Shown in pieces: positions 33,643 through 47,992 of a DNA stretch of 64,000 bases. How positions within the stretch are numbered: position 1 is the first letter of the stretch; each line of letters begins with the position of its first letter. A program made the translations under genes and the position numbers. The stretch comes from the human T2T-CHM13v2.0 reference genome, Homo sapiens. The stretch is from the NCBI RefSeq assembly GCF_009914755.1, contig NC_060938.1. The stretch is one strand, 5' to 3'. The notes beneath the pieces are model-generated. The model searched no databases. It was given only the letters and a program-made list of their open reading frames with translations, and had not been told where the DNA came from.

Positions 33643-36600
33643 TGAAATTTGATAGGCATGTGAAACTATCTGGCATATAACAGGTGCTCAATAAATGTTC
33701 ATTGTTCTTTCTACCTTTCCCCTCAAGATTCCTGAGGTTTAAAAATACCTTTTCAGGTTTTGAGCTGTTCAAAAATGTCAACAGCAAGGGTGGAATGGTT
33801 ATGATTAGAACCGTTTGATAGTGTGTATTCAATTTTGTAATGTGACCTGATATCAACAGCCAAGATCTTTGTCCTGAAGGGAATTTCAATATTCAGCAAA
33901 GTGGGGCTGATTTAATAGCCATTATTTCTGAGGGTATGTTCAAGTTCAAAGTCCGTCTGTTTTAAATGCAAATCGCTCTTTTTCATGTATTTTGTATCGG
34001 AATTTAGGAACAAATGCTGTCATTTTTCTTTTTCTTTGCATGGTATTGCAGGCACCTTTATTATCACAGAGCCCTATTATTGTGATACCTCACACAGAAA
34101 ATGCACACTCTGACATTAGGCACCAAAATTGCTGAAATATCCTGTGTTTTCTATTCATTAAAGCCCCAAAGCACTATGTGCAAATTCCCTTACTTTAATT
34201 ACACACCTCAGGGATGTGCATGCCAAAAAAGAGCCAGTCAGACAAAAAGCCAGACCTTTGCCAAAAAATCCCAGCCCCTTAAACTGGTAAACATTTATTT
34301 TCAGCTGGGAAATCTGCTATTAATTCATATAGTGACTTTCCCAGCTGAAATAATGAGTCAAGCCAAGTGAACCAAATGTTCCGCAGTGAGCAAACATGAA
34401 CAGTAGGGAAGCAGCCCATCTCTTATTTACATATTTGTTCTTTCAGCACTTAAGGAATATGTGTATATTTCCCTTTTACCTGGGAGTGTATCAGTATTTT
34501 CCTTTTACCTGGACGTATACCAGTGTTGATGCTTCTAGTGTCTCAGTTTCCAAAAAGAACTTATAGACTCCATTGTAGGTAGGTGCTTTAGGAAGAGGCA
34601 AATCACCAAACCAAAGTATTTGTTAGAGTTTAAGAGCAAAACCTTGCCACCAGCCTCACTGACTTTCCTATTTTATTGAAGTTCTTAAAAGAACAGAATT
34701 AGAGAAAACATGGGGTTTTGAGGAAAATGCTCTTTCAGAATTATTTCTGAAAAAAAATTAATGAAAATTCTAAACTTATGAATAAGAAAATATATTGTTT
34801 CATTAGGCAAAGTAGGGATTAAAATATATTTTAAAAGATTTTTAAATTTTTCAGAGAATTGTTTTTCATTTCCATTTAATTACAAGCTTTGAGGTGTGGA
34901 AAATAAGAAAGGAAATAGCTATCCACATAAACTTTATGCATATGACAAGGTAGAGTATTATTTACACTTTCTTTTTAAGGCCTGAATGCACACAAAATAC
35001 ACTCAGATCCTAGAATAGTAAGTTACCCTATGTGTGTAGAACTTAGAATAAAAAGTAGTTTGTATAGAATAGCATGCATGAAGGCTTCATGGACAGCAAA
35101 GAAGGAAGGAGAAATCGTTAAATTAACACATGAAATAGCAAGTCAGAGAATCAAAAGACCAATACATTGATTAATTCCTATGATGATGTAGAGTATCTAT
35201 TCAGCAGTCAATTAACCGTTTAACATATTCTTGATATAAAGGAAGTTAAAAAAATCTCCAAACTCATATAAAGCTATAATCCATAATTGGAGTTTTAATG
35301 CCTCTCTTAATATAAGGTTGAATACAGAGTTTTAATCTATTCTCAAAGAATAAAATGCTTTACATTTTAATGAAGGTGTGGTTTTGATAATAACAAACCT
35401 GAGAAAAAGTAGCTTTTAATTCGCAACACTTTAAAATCAAGGAAACTACCTTTGAACCTTTTTTTCTAAATGAAATTTTTAGCAGACACATGTTTTTTTA
35501 GCAATGAATAAAATGGATGAGAATTCTTTTTTGTTCTATAAGAAGCAGCAATACCCTATTAATTTTGACAGACAACTTGGCATTAGCCATTTTAAAATCC
35601 AACGTGGGATGAAGTTATGCATTACTAGTCTCTCTACATTTTTGTCAAGAGATGAACATTTTGCCAGATTTTTAATAATATGCCAAGAGCTTTGTCAGTC
35701 AGTTTATTTAGCTCTGCATGGTTATGCCAGTTTTTGTCCACCACCCCACTGGGTGTAACACTGCCCGCCACAGCTCACATAACTCCTCCCCTGCAATTAG
35801 ACAAAGTCAACACAGCAATCACTCCCAACCGCCCTTGAGGTACCTGCACTATCAACAGTGCAGATTCCGAGGCTTGAACAAGCTTTGCTTTGTCACTGCC
35901 TCCCTACCCCAATTAGGACTTTTTTCAGCCCAGGCAATTTAGCACCAACACCATGGGTGGACCAGATAACTCTTTTAAAAAAGCCCGTTTAAGTCATTCT
36001 TCTGCCCTTCCCCCTCCAGCCCAACCCAATCAATTCTTTCTCCTCCCTCTTTTCACTACTTCCTCCACTGCCGTCCCCTCCCTGCACCTCCCCCCAGCCC
36101 CCGAGAAAGCACCCTCAGAAAGCAATAGGAGTCGGCCAGAAGGCAACTTGCAGTCCCTAACTAGTTACCATGCCGACTGGAGCCTGTGCTAAGGAATGTG
36201 CTGCTGCCACACTGAACTCAATGAAAAGATGAGGAAAATGTGCAGGCAATACTAGTTTGGCTGCGATGCTGGGGAATCTGAGACAGGGCTATTGGTATGG
36301 AAGGATCTCACTGCATGCAATTTGCAAACATGCCAACTCAATAGCATGTGATAGGCACTGGATGGAATTTAGAGGTCTTGGGGTCTTAAAGGGCTGGAAT
36401 GGAATAAGAGAGCTGAATGGGGGGAAATGTGCCCCCATGAAACAACACTTGCCCCTTATATGTGATTTATTAATTTTAATAAGAATCTGTGTAAATTGTT
36501 AAAAGAGTTAAACTTGTTATAAACCCACTTCTTCTGAGTCCAATCATTATACCTTCTTGTTAATATTATCTGCATCTTAATTTTGACTGGCCATAAGAAA

Positions 36601-37260
36601 AAAAATAAATCTGACTTTCTGACTTAAAGAGTCAGCAGTAGAATTCATATGACACCAAGTTTGTGTTTTCAGGAGCTCTGATGGAGTTGTAAACAGCAAA
36701 AATATTTTCTGAACAGTTGCACAGAGAAGAGAGTTGCTTTAATTTTGTGTGGGGAAAGGTGGAGGCAGAAGGCAGTCCATGAAGAGCAGAATTTTGAGAA
36801 GTGAAGAGTTCCATGGTCTTTCCATCCAGAGGGAGGCAGATTTGGGTTTACACTAGGGTATTTCAAGGGAGTCTCCCTTGGCCTGGAGAACTGGGCTGCC
36901 ATGAGATTATTCTTAATTTACAGTTGCCTTTGGGATATTGAGGGTAGATACAGGTCTACCACGGGACTAGGTTCACTCCAACAAAATTTCTATCCAAAAC
37001 CGCTCTTCTAGTTCCATGTTCATGCGAACCAGAGACTAGCTTGGATTTTCTGGAGAGGGTGGGAAGAATTTTCCAAAGTGAACGTGATTCAGGATGACTA
37101 TACCTCACACTCAGATTAGTAAAATTTCCTTCTTCTTGCCTTTTCTGTCTTCCACATCGATTGACTGCAAACTGTCCTGCACATCGCTGGCAAAATAGTT
37201 TTCTATGCTTGCCAATTCGACCCTGTCTTTTCGTTGCCCACAGCCTCCCCATGGCTCCTC

Positions 37261-37274
37261 ATTGCCATGGCAAC
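37261..37274. promoter_or_regulatory. RFX X-box motif
   Basis: ATTGCCATGGCAAC matches 13 of 14 positions of GTTGCCATGGCAAC. Confidence 0.5.
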
Positions 37275-37499
37275 CACATGTCCTGGATTTTTCAGGACAT
37301 TTTTTATTTCAAATATTCTGTCATGTGGTCAAACCATGTGTCAGATCATATGCCAAAAGATATGTTCTGATTTGGGTTTTGAAAATATGGTCACTATACC
37401 CATTGCTCCCAAGATATGACCGTTGTTTGCCCTTCCCTTGTCTAGTTTACTAAAGCAGACATAGAGTTTCCCTTTTAATATAATAATATCTTTAACTTG

Positions 37500-37715
37500 G
37501 AAATACATAATATTTTGCAGAGTACTTTCACATGATCAATTCAATGGATCCTTTCCTACCTGTGGGGTAGGCAACGTAGGAGACATTTCCATTTTACAGA
37601 TGAGAAAATTGGGGCACAGAGTGGTTAATTGACTTTCTATCATTCCCAGAGTGGCAAAATGATTGAAATTCCAGCCTCCTGACTCTAATGTCTTTTTTCT
37701 CCAACATACGGCTTC
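37500..37715 (-). mobile_element. MIR
   Basis: ccattttacagatgagaaaattggggcacagagtggttaa. Confidence 0.8.
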
Positions 37716-38219
37716 CAAATATAAATGTGATGCTTTATACTCTAGGTTTGTTTGCCACTTACATCCCTGAAAGGCTGTCTTTCAGGGGACCATTTGACTG
37801 TAGGAGACCAACTCTTTCTTGATATATGCTTCACATCAGCTCATGATGTTGAACAACAGTTGAGGGGAAAGGCTTGAAGGTAGAAGAACTGGGGGACTGA
37901 GATGCTAATAATCAACATCATACATAATTTAAAAGAAAGAGAGAGAAAGAAGGAGGAGGAGGGGGAGAAGGGGAGAAGGAAAAGGAAAAAGAAAATAAAA
38001 AAGAAAAGAGTTTTAGAGAATCTGCTCAACAGTTACACCAGTGATATTTCCGAAAGTCAGGCTTATTTAGCACATGTCTGCAATGTTTGTAAATATCTGC
38101 TTCTTAATGTTATTAGTTCTCAAAAATAGTATCATTGTGTTAAATTCTTCCATGTTGTATGGTGCTAGATGCTATACGTGAGAATAAAAAAGAGGAGAAA
38201 ATGCGTATTACTAGCCTAG

Positions 38220-38700
38220 TTATTCATTTATGTATTCAATAATTAATTTGACAGATATCAAGCACCAACTTTGTGCCAGGTGCTATACTAGACACTACAG
38301 ATACAGTGGTGACGTCTCAGAGCTTATAGCCCGGTGATAATTATTGATTGTAATAAGGGCTACAAAGAAGATAAACAGGAGTATGTGATAAAGAGAACTG
38401 CAGGAAGCTAGGGAGGTGCTAGGGAGAGCGACTTCAGATAGAGTGGCCAGGGAAAGCTTCTCTGCGAAGGTGTTGTTTAAACTGACGCTGGAAGGATGAT
38501 AAGGAGCCAGAGACGTGCACAGAGCTGGGGAAAGAGCATTTCAGAAACAGGAAGCAAGAAGCACGAAGCCCTGTGCTTGTTACTCTATGTGCCTATTGCA
38601 TAGTGACCAAGCTGTCGGGGCGTGGGAGAAAGGTATGAGGTGAGGCTACAGAGTTTTACTGGCCTTGAAGATCATGGTAAGGGGTTGAGGTTATATTCTT
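38220..38700 (-). mobile_element. L2 3' part
   Basis: caagcaccaactttgtgccaggtgct..gtggccagggaaagcttctctg..ggggaaagagcatttcag. Confidence 0.8.
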
Positions 38701-38856
38701 TTTTCTTCCCCGCAAAAGACACCATTGTTCCAATTTGTTATTCAGTATAGTCAGAGTTAGTAATCATGAGAGCAGCAGGCGTAGCTAATGTTTATTCCTT
38801 TGTGTACTAAGTGCCAGCTATTGCAGATGCATTATCACATTCAATCTGCACAATAA

Positions 38857-39182
<326 letters not shown>

Positions 39183-39463
39183 ACAGTAAGATTATTATTA
39201 TTATCCCCATTTTAAAGGTGGAGAAGCCGAGGCTTTGAGAGGATGAGTAGCTAGTGAAGGTCACATAGCTAGGAAGTAGGGGGCCAGAATTCCAACCCAG
39301 GCCTAGTCTGACATTAGGGCTAGTGTGTATTTTTGTTCTGTTTAGTTTTTTTCAGTGAACCTAAAAGGACTATTTCATACTGTTTTTGTTGATTAGGAAT
39401 TAAATTGTTTTGTATGAAATATCATTTGAAATTCCTCAATAACATCTGGGGCTCAGAAATATC

Positions 39464-39601
39464 TTTTTTGTATATATTTAAGGTGCACAATATGATTTTT
39501 TGATACTTAGCTTGATATACATATATGTAGTGAGTGAAGTGGTTACTACAGTCAAGCAAATTAACATACCTATTGTCTTATATACTTACCTGTGTGTGTG
39601 T

Positions 39602-39632
<31 letters not shown>

Positions 39633-39934
39633 CGCGTGTGGTAAGAGTACCTAAAATTTACTCTTTTGGCAAATTACCAGGATACAATATGATATTACAA
39701 ACTAGAGTCCTCATGTTGTGCAATTACGAACTAGAGTCTTCACGTTGTGCAAACAGATCTCTAGACTTATTAATGCTACATTACTGCAACTTTGTACCTT
39801 TTGATCTACATCTTCTTATTTCCTCCTGTGCTCCCCACAAATCCTGTTTTCACTGTTTTTATGTATTTGTTTTTTTTTTTAAACTAGAAGACATTATGCT
39901 AAGGAAATAGGCCAGACACAGAAAGAAAAATACT
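39464..39934 (-). mobile_element. L1MA 3' end with 5' inversion and internal (TG)n
   Basis: Antisense L1MA 3' UTR 39464-39880, then sense gaagacattatgctaaggaaataggccagacacagaaaga. Confidence 0.8.
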
Positions 39935-41052
39935 AGTTGGGACTAAATTCTAAGAACAATACAAAGTCACAGAAGCCATTGAAGAGAGAGACTTTTAGAT
40001 AAGATTCTTTTAGGAAAAACCTGCAATATTGCTCCTGAACCCGATTCTTATCCCAAAGGCCAGAGACTACAGAAGCAATGCTATCGGTAGAATATTGAAT
40101 TCCCAGGAGCTATTTGTGCAACATTATAAAGCTCTTTACCCTCTAAAAATGTTAAGAGCAGAATGTTTATGATAGATTTCAAAATGTAGGTGAGCCACTC
40201 ATTCATTAGCACCTCTGATATGCCAGGTTCTACATGATCTAGGCTTCTTAACTCAAGATCAATACTATCCAGTCATGGGAATGTAACCAAAGCTAATTTG
40301 GGAGGAGAGGACATGAAAATAGAAATAAGCAGGCAGATTGTTTCTGGCTAGACAGGGATGGAGAGGATTTGTTATTAAGCAGAGATGGGTTTACATTCTA
40401 ATTGATGTTGGTGTCTTCAGTCTTAACGTTTTGCCAGAAAATGAACGGGAGGCGGCAGTGGTAGGTGACAGAAGCTTTTCTGCATAACAGTTTACCATGG
40501 AATCCACTCACCAGGCTGGGATTTAAATTTGGCTGTAACTCTCGTCAGGGCAGAATATGAGTGGTGTGTGCTTCTTTCTATTGTGGTCCATGGTTATGTC
40601 TGCATAATAACTATTGCAAAGAAAGGTGAAAACTTTTGGTTAATTATCAGATGCTTTGCAATGGTCAGACATAATGCATAATACATGTCTCATGGATTTC
40701 AGTTTTTAGTTGGATGTGTTGGCATTAAAGTGAGTGTTTGCTAAGGATGGGCACAGATGAACATGTGACCCTCAAAGGAAGCTGGCTTAATGCATTGTTG
40801 CATAATAAAGCCAGGAGTCTCTCTCTATATATACATGTGTGTATGTATATACGTGTGTGTGTGTGTGTGTATTTTTAATCAAATGTTATGGTTCTCATTC
40901 TATATGCTTTATTTGTTAGGAATAAAGCATCAAAACAGTTTTAGAAAAGGAGCGATTGTTGGATGATTTATATTTAATTTGCTACACTGTTGAAGAGAAA
41001 AAGATTAAAAGCAAATTCCAGCTCAAAATCATAGCTTCTTTCAGTCTTGAAG

Positions 41053-41192
41053 GTATATATATATATCTTCATATACATACACACATACATATATACATAT
41101 ATATATATACACACACACATACATATTTATGTATGTTTTTAGAGACGGGGTCTCACTATTTGCCTAGATTAGTGTCAAACTCCTGGAGTCAA
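41053..41192 (-). repeat. (TA/CA)n low-complexity tract plus Alu monomer fragment
   Basis: tttagagacggggtctcactat..caaactcctgg. Confidence 0.75.
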
Positions 41193-41878
41193 ACTCACTG
41201 GGAGGACGTAAGCCATTCTCCCTCTCAGTCTCCTCAAGTATCTGTCTGGAAAGGTATATTTTTAAGAGCAGACATACAGCTAACCCAAACATACCACAGC
41301 AGGTCAAGAATCCCTATTCAAGAGGGTTTCCTAATGGAAAAAGTCAGAGAACTAGTTCATTTGAGTAAATGTAGCTTATTTTTATGCTATTTCCAGAATA
41401 ATCACCTTAAATCTATTTTAATAGTCTCACAACAATGCAAAGATTCCATGTTACAAAGTAAGCCTTAGAATTCTAAACTTGTAATGTCAGGTAGGCCCTA
41501 AGATTTATTCATGCAGCAATGATAGGCTAAATATCTAATTACTCATTTGTTAAAACACACAGAGCAAAAATAGATTTTCTTTTAAAAGCATTGGTTTTCC
41601 CATTTTGCTCTTTGGATTTGAGTCTTTCAGATTACATAACATGGGGCAAATGCTTAAAAGCTAAAACATACATAAGCTACTTCATACTATATTTTATTGC
41701 TTTTTAATTTATTTAACTTAAAAATTAAGTTCTATAGTGCAGTTAATATAAGAAAAAGTATAAATTTTTTTAAAAGAGGCATAGCTATATTCTCCAGCTG
41801 TTGGTCTGTACCGTTAAATTACCAGTTTTTAAAATTAAAAAAAAAAACAGTTAAAAATATTTGTTAAATAGGTGACTG

Positions 41879-42165
41879 GGCCAGATGCGGTGGCTCATGC
41901 CTATAATCCCAGCACTCTGGAAGGCCGAAGTGGGAGGATTACCTGAGCTCAGGAGTTCGAGACCAGCCTAGGCAACATAGCAAGACCTCATCTCTTAAAA
42001 AGAAAAAATTAGCTAGCATACTTGTGTGCACCTGTAGTCCCAGCTACTGGGAGGCTGAGGTGGAAGCATCACTTGAGCCCAGGATTTTGAGACTGCAGCA
42101 AGCTGATTGTGCCAGTGCACTTCAGCCTAGGCAACAGAGCACCACCCTGTCTCGAAAAAAAAAAA
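41879..42165 (+). mobile_element. AluJ
   Basis: TSD aat(a/g)ggtgactg. Confidence 0.9.
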
Positions 42166-43137
42166 ATTTAATGGGTGACTGAAGTTTTCTCTCTACATTC
42201 ATTAATAAATAGCTTTCAGTGCCCACTGTGTGCCAGGCACAGGGCCAGGATCTAGGGATACAGCAAGGAGAGCAACCCACTTTATTTTTGGATGGGGTTT
42301 AAAGGTGTGGACGTGGGATAGGAGACAAACGAGAAAGGAAAAAGGGCTTTAGAGCAGCCAGTTTTGACAGGTATTCCTGCCAGTGACCTTATGCATCCAG
42401 TAACTAAGCATGAACATTCTTCTTATTGGTAGTTGTGACCCTCTGATACTAAAGAGATTTCCCCCAAGTTGTCTTATTACATGTCCCACAATAGATGACA
42501 TTCACAGCCTTCACATACTTCATCACTGAACTCACAACTAGCAGTAGGCTCCTCTTTTATTTTCCATGAACTGATTTTAATTCGGAGAATATTGTAGTTT
42601 TTTTTTTTTTCTGTCCCAACGTTTTGGCACGTTTGTGTATTCCTCAGAGTACAGCTTCCTATGAGAACACCCTAAGCTTGAATGCTTTGGGGCAGATGTG
42701 GGCGATGGTGAGAGGGGAAATAGGACGGGAGGGCTTGAAATCTTTTTGGAATGTAACTTCTCTCCATGAATGCATTTGCATCCACTAGTCTACATTCCCT
42801 TGAATCTGTTCTATTTCTGCCATTTAGTGTAAGCATCACAGAAGATGCTGGCTGCCACCGCGGGAGAACAGAGAGTTTTGGTGACTCAGAAAATAACCAT
42901 ATGGCATTCAAGCTTCTTTATGTTGCTCAAAGAGAGCTCACAATAATCTGATCATGGAGTTCGTGCACTGAGAGAAACACCTCTACCACTGTGAAGCAGA
43001 TTTAAAGTTGCATTTGTTTTCTTTGTCTCCTATCCAAATGAGTATGACAGAGTTTCTTTTAAGAAAATTTGCAACTCTTCCATTTTGGGTGTGTCCTCTG
43101 CCAAATGTTTTGGAGACCTTAAAGCAGGGTGCCTGGG

Positions 43138-43304
43138 TAGGGTTGCTGGATAAAATACTGGATGTTCAGTTAAATTTGAATTTCAGATAAACAACAAATA
43201 ATTTTTTAGTATAAATATGTCTCATGCAATGCTTGGGATATGCTCATACTAAAAAAATTATTTGTGCCATCTTACATTTTTATTTGCCATATCTGGCAAT
43301 GTTA
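43138..43304. mobile_element. MER53 (hAT MITE), internally deleted
   Basis: tagggttgctggataaaata...tctggcaatgtta; 8-bp TSD tgcctg(g/a)g. Confidence 0.88.
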
Positions 43305-43323
43305 TGCCTGAGCAATAGGCACC

Positions 43324-43381
43324 AGAGTATTCATATTGTGGTATCTATAGATAGAGTATTCATATTGTGGTATGCATAGAT
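43324..43381 (+). repeat. 29-bp tandem duplication
   Basis: agagtattcatattgtggtat..atagat occurs twice. Confidence 0.92.
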
Positions 43382-43394
43382 AGATCAGATTATG

Positions 43395-43742
43395 ATTTTT
43401 ATTTATTTATTTATTTTGAGACAAGGTCTTATTCTGTCTCCCACGCTAAAGTGCAAGGGTGCAATCTTGGCTCGCTGCTAACCTCTGCCTCCCAACCTTT
43501 AGCAGTCCTCCCACCTCAGCCTCCCGAGTAGCTGGGACCATAGGTGTGTGCCACAACACTGGGCTAAGTTTTGTGGGTTTTTTTTCAGTTTAGTTTGATT
43601 TTTGTTTTTGTTTTTCTTTTTGGGTAGAGATGGAGTTTCACCATATTGCCCAGGCTGGTCTCAAACTCCTGGGCTCAAGTGATCCTCCTGCCTCGGCCTC
43701 CTAAAGTGCTGGGGTTACAGGCGTGAGGCACAAAACCTGGCC
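43395..43742 (-). mobile_element. AluJ with expanded middle linker
   Basis: TSD cagattatgatttt. Confidence 0.9.
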
Positions 43743-44144
43743 CAGATTATGATTTTATGGCACTGTTGACAGCACAGTTTTGGAGCCTTCCATAGCAGCA
43801 CCACAAACATTGTCTGTCAAGTGTCTACATGCTCATCAGAGTTGTGCTGGCTGCCATGCCGAGTTAAAGTGGACTTGGTCCTTTCAATCTAGAAAGACAA
43901 CAAGAACAGGACAATATCAACAGTGAGAGACCAGATAAAAAGAAAAGGAAACATGAAAAATTTGACATACATCAAAGGAGTATGTACAACAAATAAAGTG
44001 CATCTATTATGTGGACAACTCATTGTTGGGAACTGACACGAGACCATAAACATTTCACAGAAGTCACTGGGCAACTGTTCATATCTTCTGTTTGGAGACA
44101 AAACAATATCTCAGGAGCAAAAGAATCTCTACTTCCTTTAACTC

Positions 44145-44188
44145 CCAGAATTGCACCAATTCCAGAATCGCACCAATTCCAGAATCAC
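44145..44188 (+). repeat. 17-bp tandem repeat, 2.5 copies
   Basis: ccagaat(t/c)gcaccaatt. Confidence 0.9.
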
Positions 44189-44601
44189 CTCAACATCTCA
44201 TCTCTGCAAGACATTTCATGGGATGATAAAATTATATGTATATATAAAAAGGCATATGCACATATGTAATTTACACACATATATATCATTAAGGGAAAAT
44301 GTAGCCATTGATACAATCAGAAAATTCTCACATATTTATGCATAATCTCTCGGATCAATTTGCCATCAGTAATGAATTGGATTGTAAATGTATTCAGATC
44401 AATGGTGCAGTGGCCGCTTTGATCACTAAGATGATGGAAATGACCCAGTTTATTGTGCCACAACCTAGTCTTATGGTGAGTACTCACTTGGCAACCAGCT
44501 TATCAAACTTTAGAATTTCATTTTAAATGATTGGTCCAGAATGCCCATAGGTAGGATTGGCGTAGCCTGAGAGATTGTCAGGTTATCTGTGCATATTTTC
44601 A

Positions 44602-45021
<420 letters not shown>

Positions 45022-45132
45022 GCAACCATAATCTCAGGTCTCTGAATTCCTCTTTAAAATGACTAATAGTGACACATTTCAAATAACCCCAAAAGAATAG
45101 GAATCTGTCACATTTCTATCCATCACCAATAC

Positions 45133-45165
<33 letters not shown>

Positions 45166-45199
45166 TTGGTTTATATTTCTAATTTTAAAAGAATTTTCT

Positions 45200-46060
45200 A
45201 TATTTTGAAGGAATAAAATATAACAGATACTGCTAAAAACCCATCTTTTTTCTTTCCTTCCCTTGCCAGGAGCAACCACTGCCTTGAAATTATTGTGTGT
45301 CATTCCCATGAATGCTTTTGTCCTTTTACAATCTATGTATGGGTACATAAATTATTGTTTTGTGTATTTAGAAAAAGAAGAACACTGCACATATTCATTG
45401 GAATTCATTTTTTTCACTTGCTTCATATTTTGTAGATTAATTTATGTTAATACATGTAGACGTAATGCATTTACTTAAACTGCTGTAAAGTATCCCACTG
45501 AATGAATATGTCTATTCCTACAATGAGGGACAGTTAGAATGTTTGCATGGTTTTCTTTGATACAGTGTAGCAATGGGTGCTTCCAAGTACACATATTCAA
45601 TATATATATATATATTTTAAATAGAGACAAGGTCTTGCTGTGTTGGCCAGACTGGTCTCCAACTCCTGGCCTCAAGTGATCCTCCTGCTTCAGCCTCCAA
45701 AGTGCTGAGATTACAGGAGTGAGCCACAATGCCAGGCCTCAAGAATTTTTTAGGGAGGACATCTAAATGTATACTTTCTTGTAAAATATGAAAACCTTCA
45801 GTTTTTCTAAGTTTTGAAATTGCTTTTCAGAGTGAGAGCACCAATTTACACTTCCACTAGAAATGTAAAATAGTTAATTGACCCACATTTTTAAAAACAC
45901 TTTGTATTGTCAGACATTAATGTTTGCCAATCTGATGATGGTGAAATAGTATCTCATTGATTTATCTTGTATTTCCCTAATTGTTACTGAAGTTGAGGAT
46001 ATTTTTCGTATGTTTATTTACCATTCAAATTTCTTGTTCTATCAATTCGTTATTCATAAT
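45200..46060 (-). mobile_element. Old L1 (L1ME-like) fragments interrupted by a FLAM/left monomer (45600-45738)
   Basis: caccaatttacacttccactag..tttgccaatctgatg..aaatagtatctcattg. Confidence 0.75.
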
Positions 46061-46142
46061 AGATAATAAATATCTACTCATATCTATCTTTTACAAATTT
46101 TAAAGCAAAAGTTATGAATAACTTTTCACAATATCTATCTAT

Positions 46143-46289
<147 letters not shown>

Positions 46290-46413
46290 TCAAAAGTTAA
46301 GAAATGTTGAGAAGAAAATGAGAAGGTCTAACATTCATCTACCTGCACTTCATTCTAAGCATTCTCTCAGATTTATTTTATAGCCGAATAATCCTCACTT
46401 TATCTAGATCTAA

Positions 46414-46857
<444 letters not shown>

Positions 46858-46870
46858 TAACATACTTAGG

Positions 46871-47168
46871 GGCTGGGCATAGTAGCTCATGCCTGTAATC
46901 CCAGCACCTTGGAGGCTGAAACAGGAGGATCACTTGAGGCCAGGAGTTTGAGACCAGCCTGGGCAACATGGTGAGAACTCATCTCTACAGAATATTTAAA
47001 AAATAGCCAGTCGTGGTGGCACGTGCCTGTGATCCCAGCTACTCACAAGACTGAAGTAGGAGGATCACCTGAGTCCAGGAAGTCGAGAGTGCCGTGAGCC
47101 ATGGTCATGCTACTGCACTCTAGCCTGGGTGACAGTGAGACACTGTCTCAAAACAATAAATAAAATAA
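46871..47168 (+). mobile_element. AluJ
   Basis: Full Alu. Confidence 0.9.
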
Positions 47169-47448
47169 GATATACTTATATCATGGTCACTTGCATTATC
47201 TGAATTTCTTGGGGCTCAATTATTGTGGATTTTAAAAAAATTATGTCTGCCTGACTTGTTTATGTAGGATTATTTATGATATGCTTTGACAATGACTGCA
47301 TCTCCAATGGGAATTTATCTGTGGGAAACCTCTGGGGCCTGGGTTGAGGTATGTCCCTCTGATGCAGGTGCCAGGCACCTGAGTGGTATCACCAGATCAT
47401 TGAAGGCCATCTCAAAGGTTAGCTACCACTGGCATGGAACCACTTTTT

Positions 47449-47615
47449 CTTTTCCTTTAGAGATGGGGTCTCACTCTTTCACCCAGGTTAGAGTGCAGTG
47501 GAAATTCACAAGCACAATCATAGATTACTGCAGCCTCGAACTCTTGGGCTCAAGTGACCCTTCACCTCAGCCTCCTGAGTAGTTGGGACTACAAGCACAT
47601 GCCGCTATGCTCAGC
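47449..47615 (-). mobile_element. FAM (fossil Alu monomer)
   Basis: Monomer retaining the 7SL-type segment attcacaagcacaatcatag; TSD tggaaccacttttt. Confidence 0.8.
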
Positions 47616-47734
47616 TGGAACCACTTTTTATGTTGGTTGCTACATTTATGGGCTCCCCTGACCTTGTAGTATAAATTCCAGAGGGGGTTATTTTCTCACC
47701 TAAAGCTGTGGAAGATTCAGATAAATTTCTTGGG

Positions 47735-47992
47735 GGCCAGGCATGGTGGCTCATGCCTGTGATCCCAGCACTTTGGGAGGCCGAGGCAGGAGAATTGTTT
47801 CAGCCCAGGAGTTAGTGAGGCCTCGTCTGTACAAAAATTTAACAAATTAGCCAGGTGTGGTGGGGCACCTATAGTGCCAGCTCTCAGGAAGCTGAGGTGG
47901 GAGGATTGCTTGAGCCTAGGAGATCCAGGCTGCGGTTGAGCTATGATTGTGCCACTGCACTCCAGCCTGGGTGACAATGAGACTCTGTCTTA
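47735..47992 (+). mobile_element. AluJ with left-arm deletion
   Basis: Alu lacking the cgagaccagcctgggcaac segment. Confidence 0.87.
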
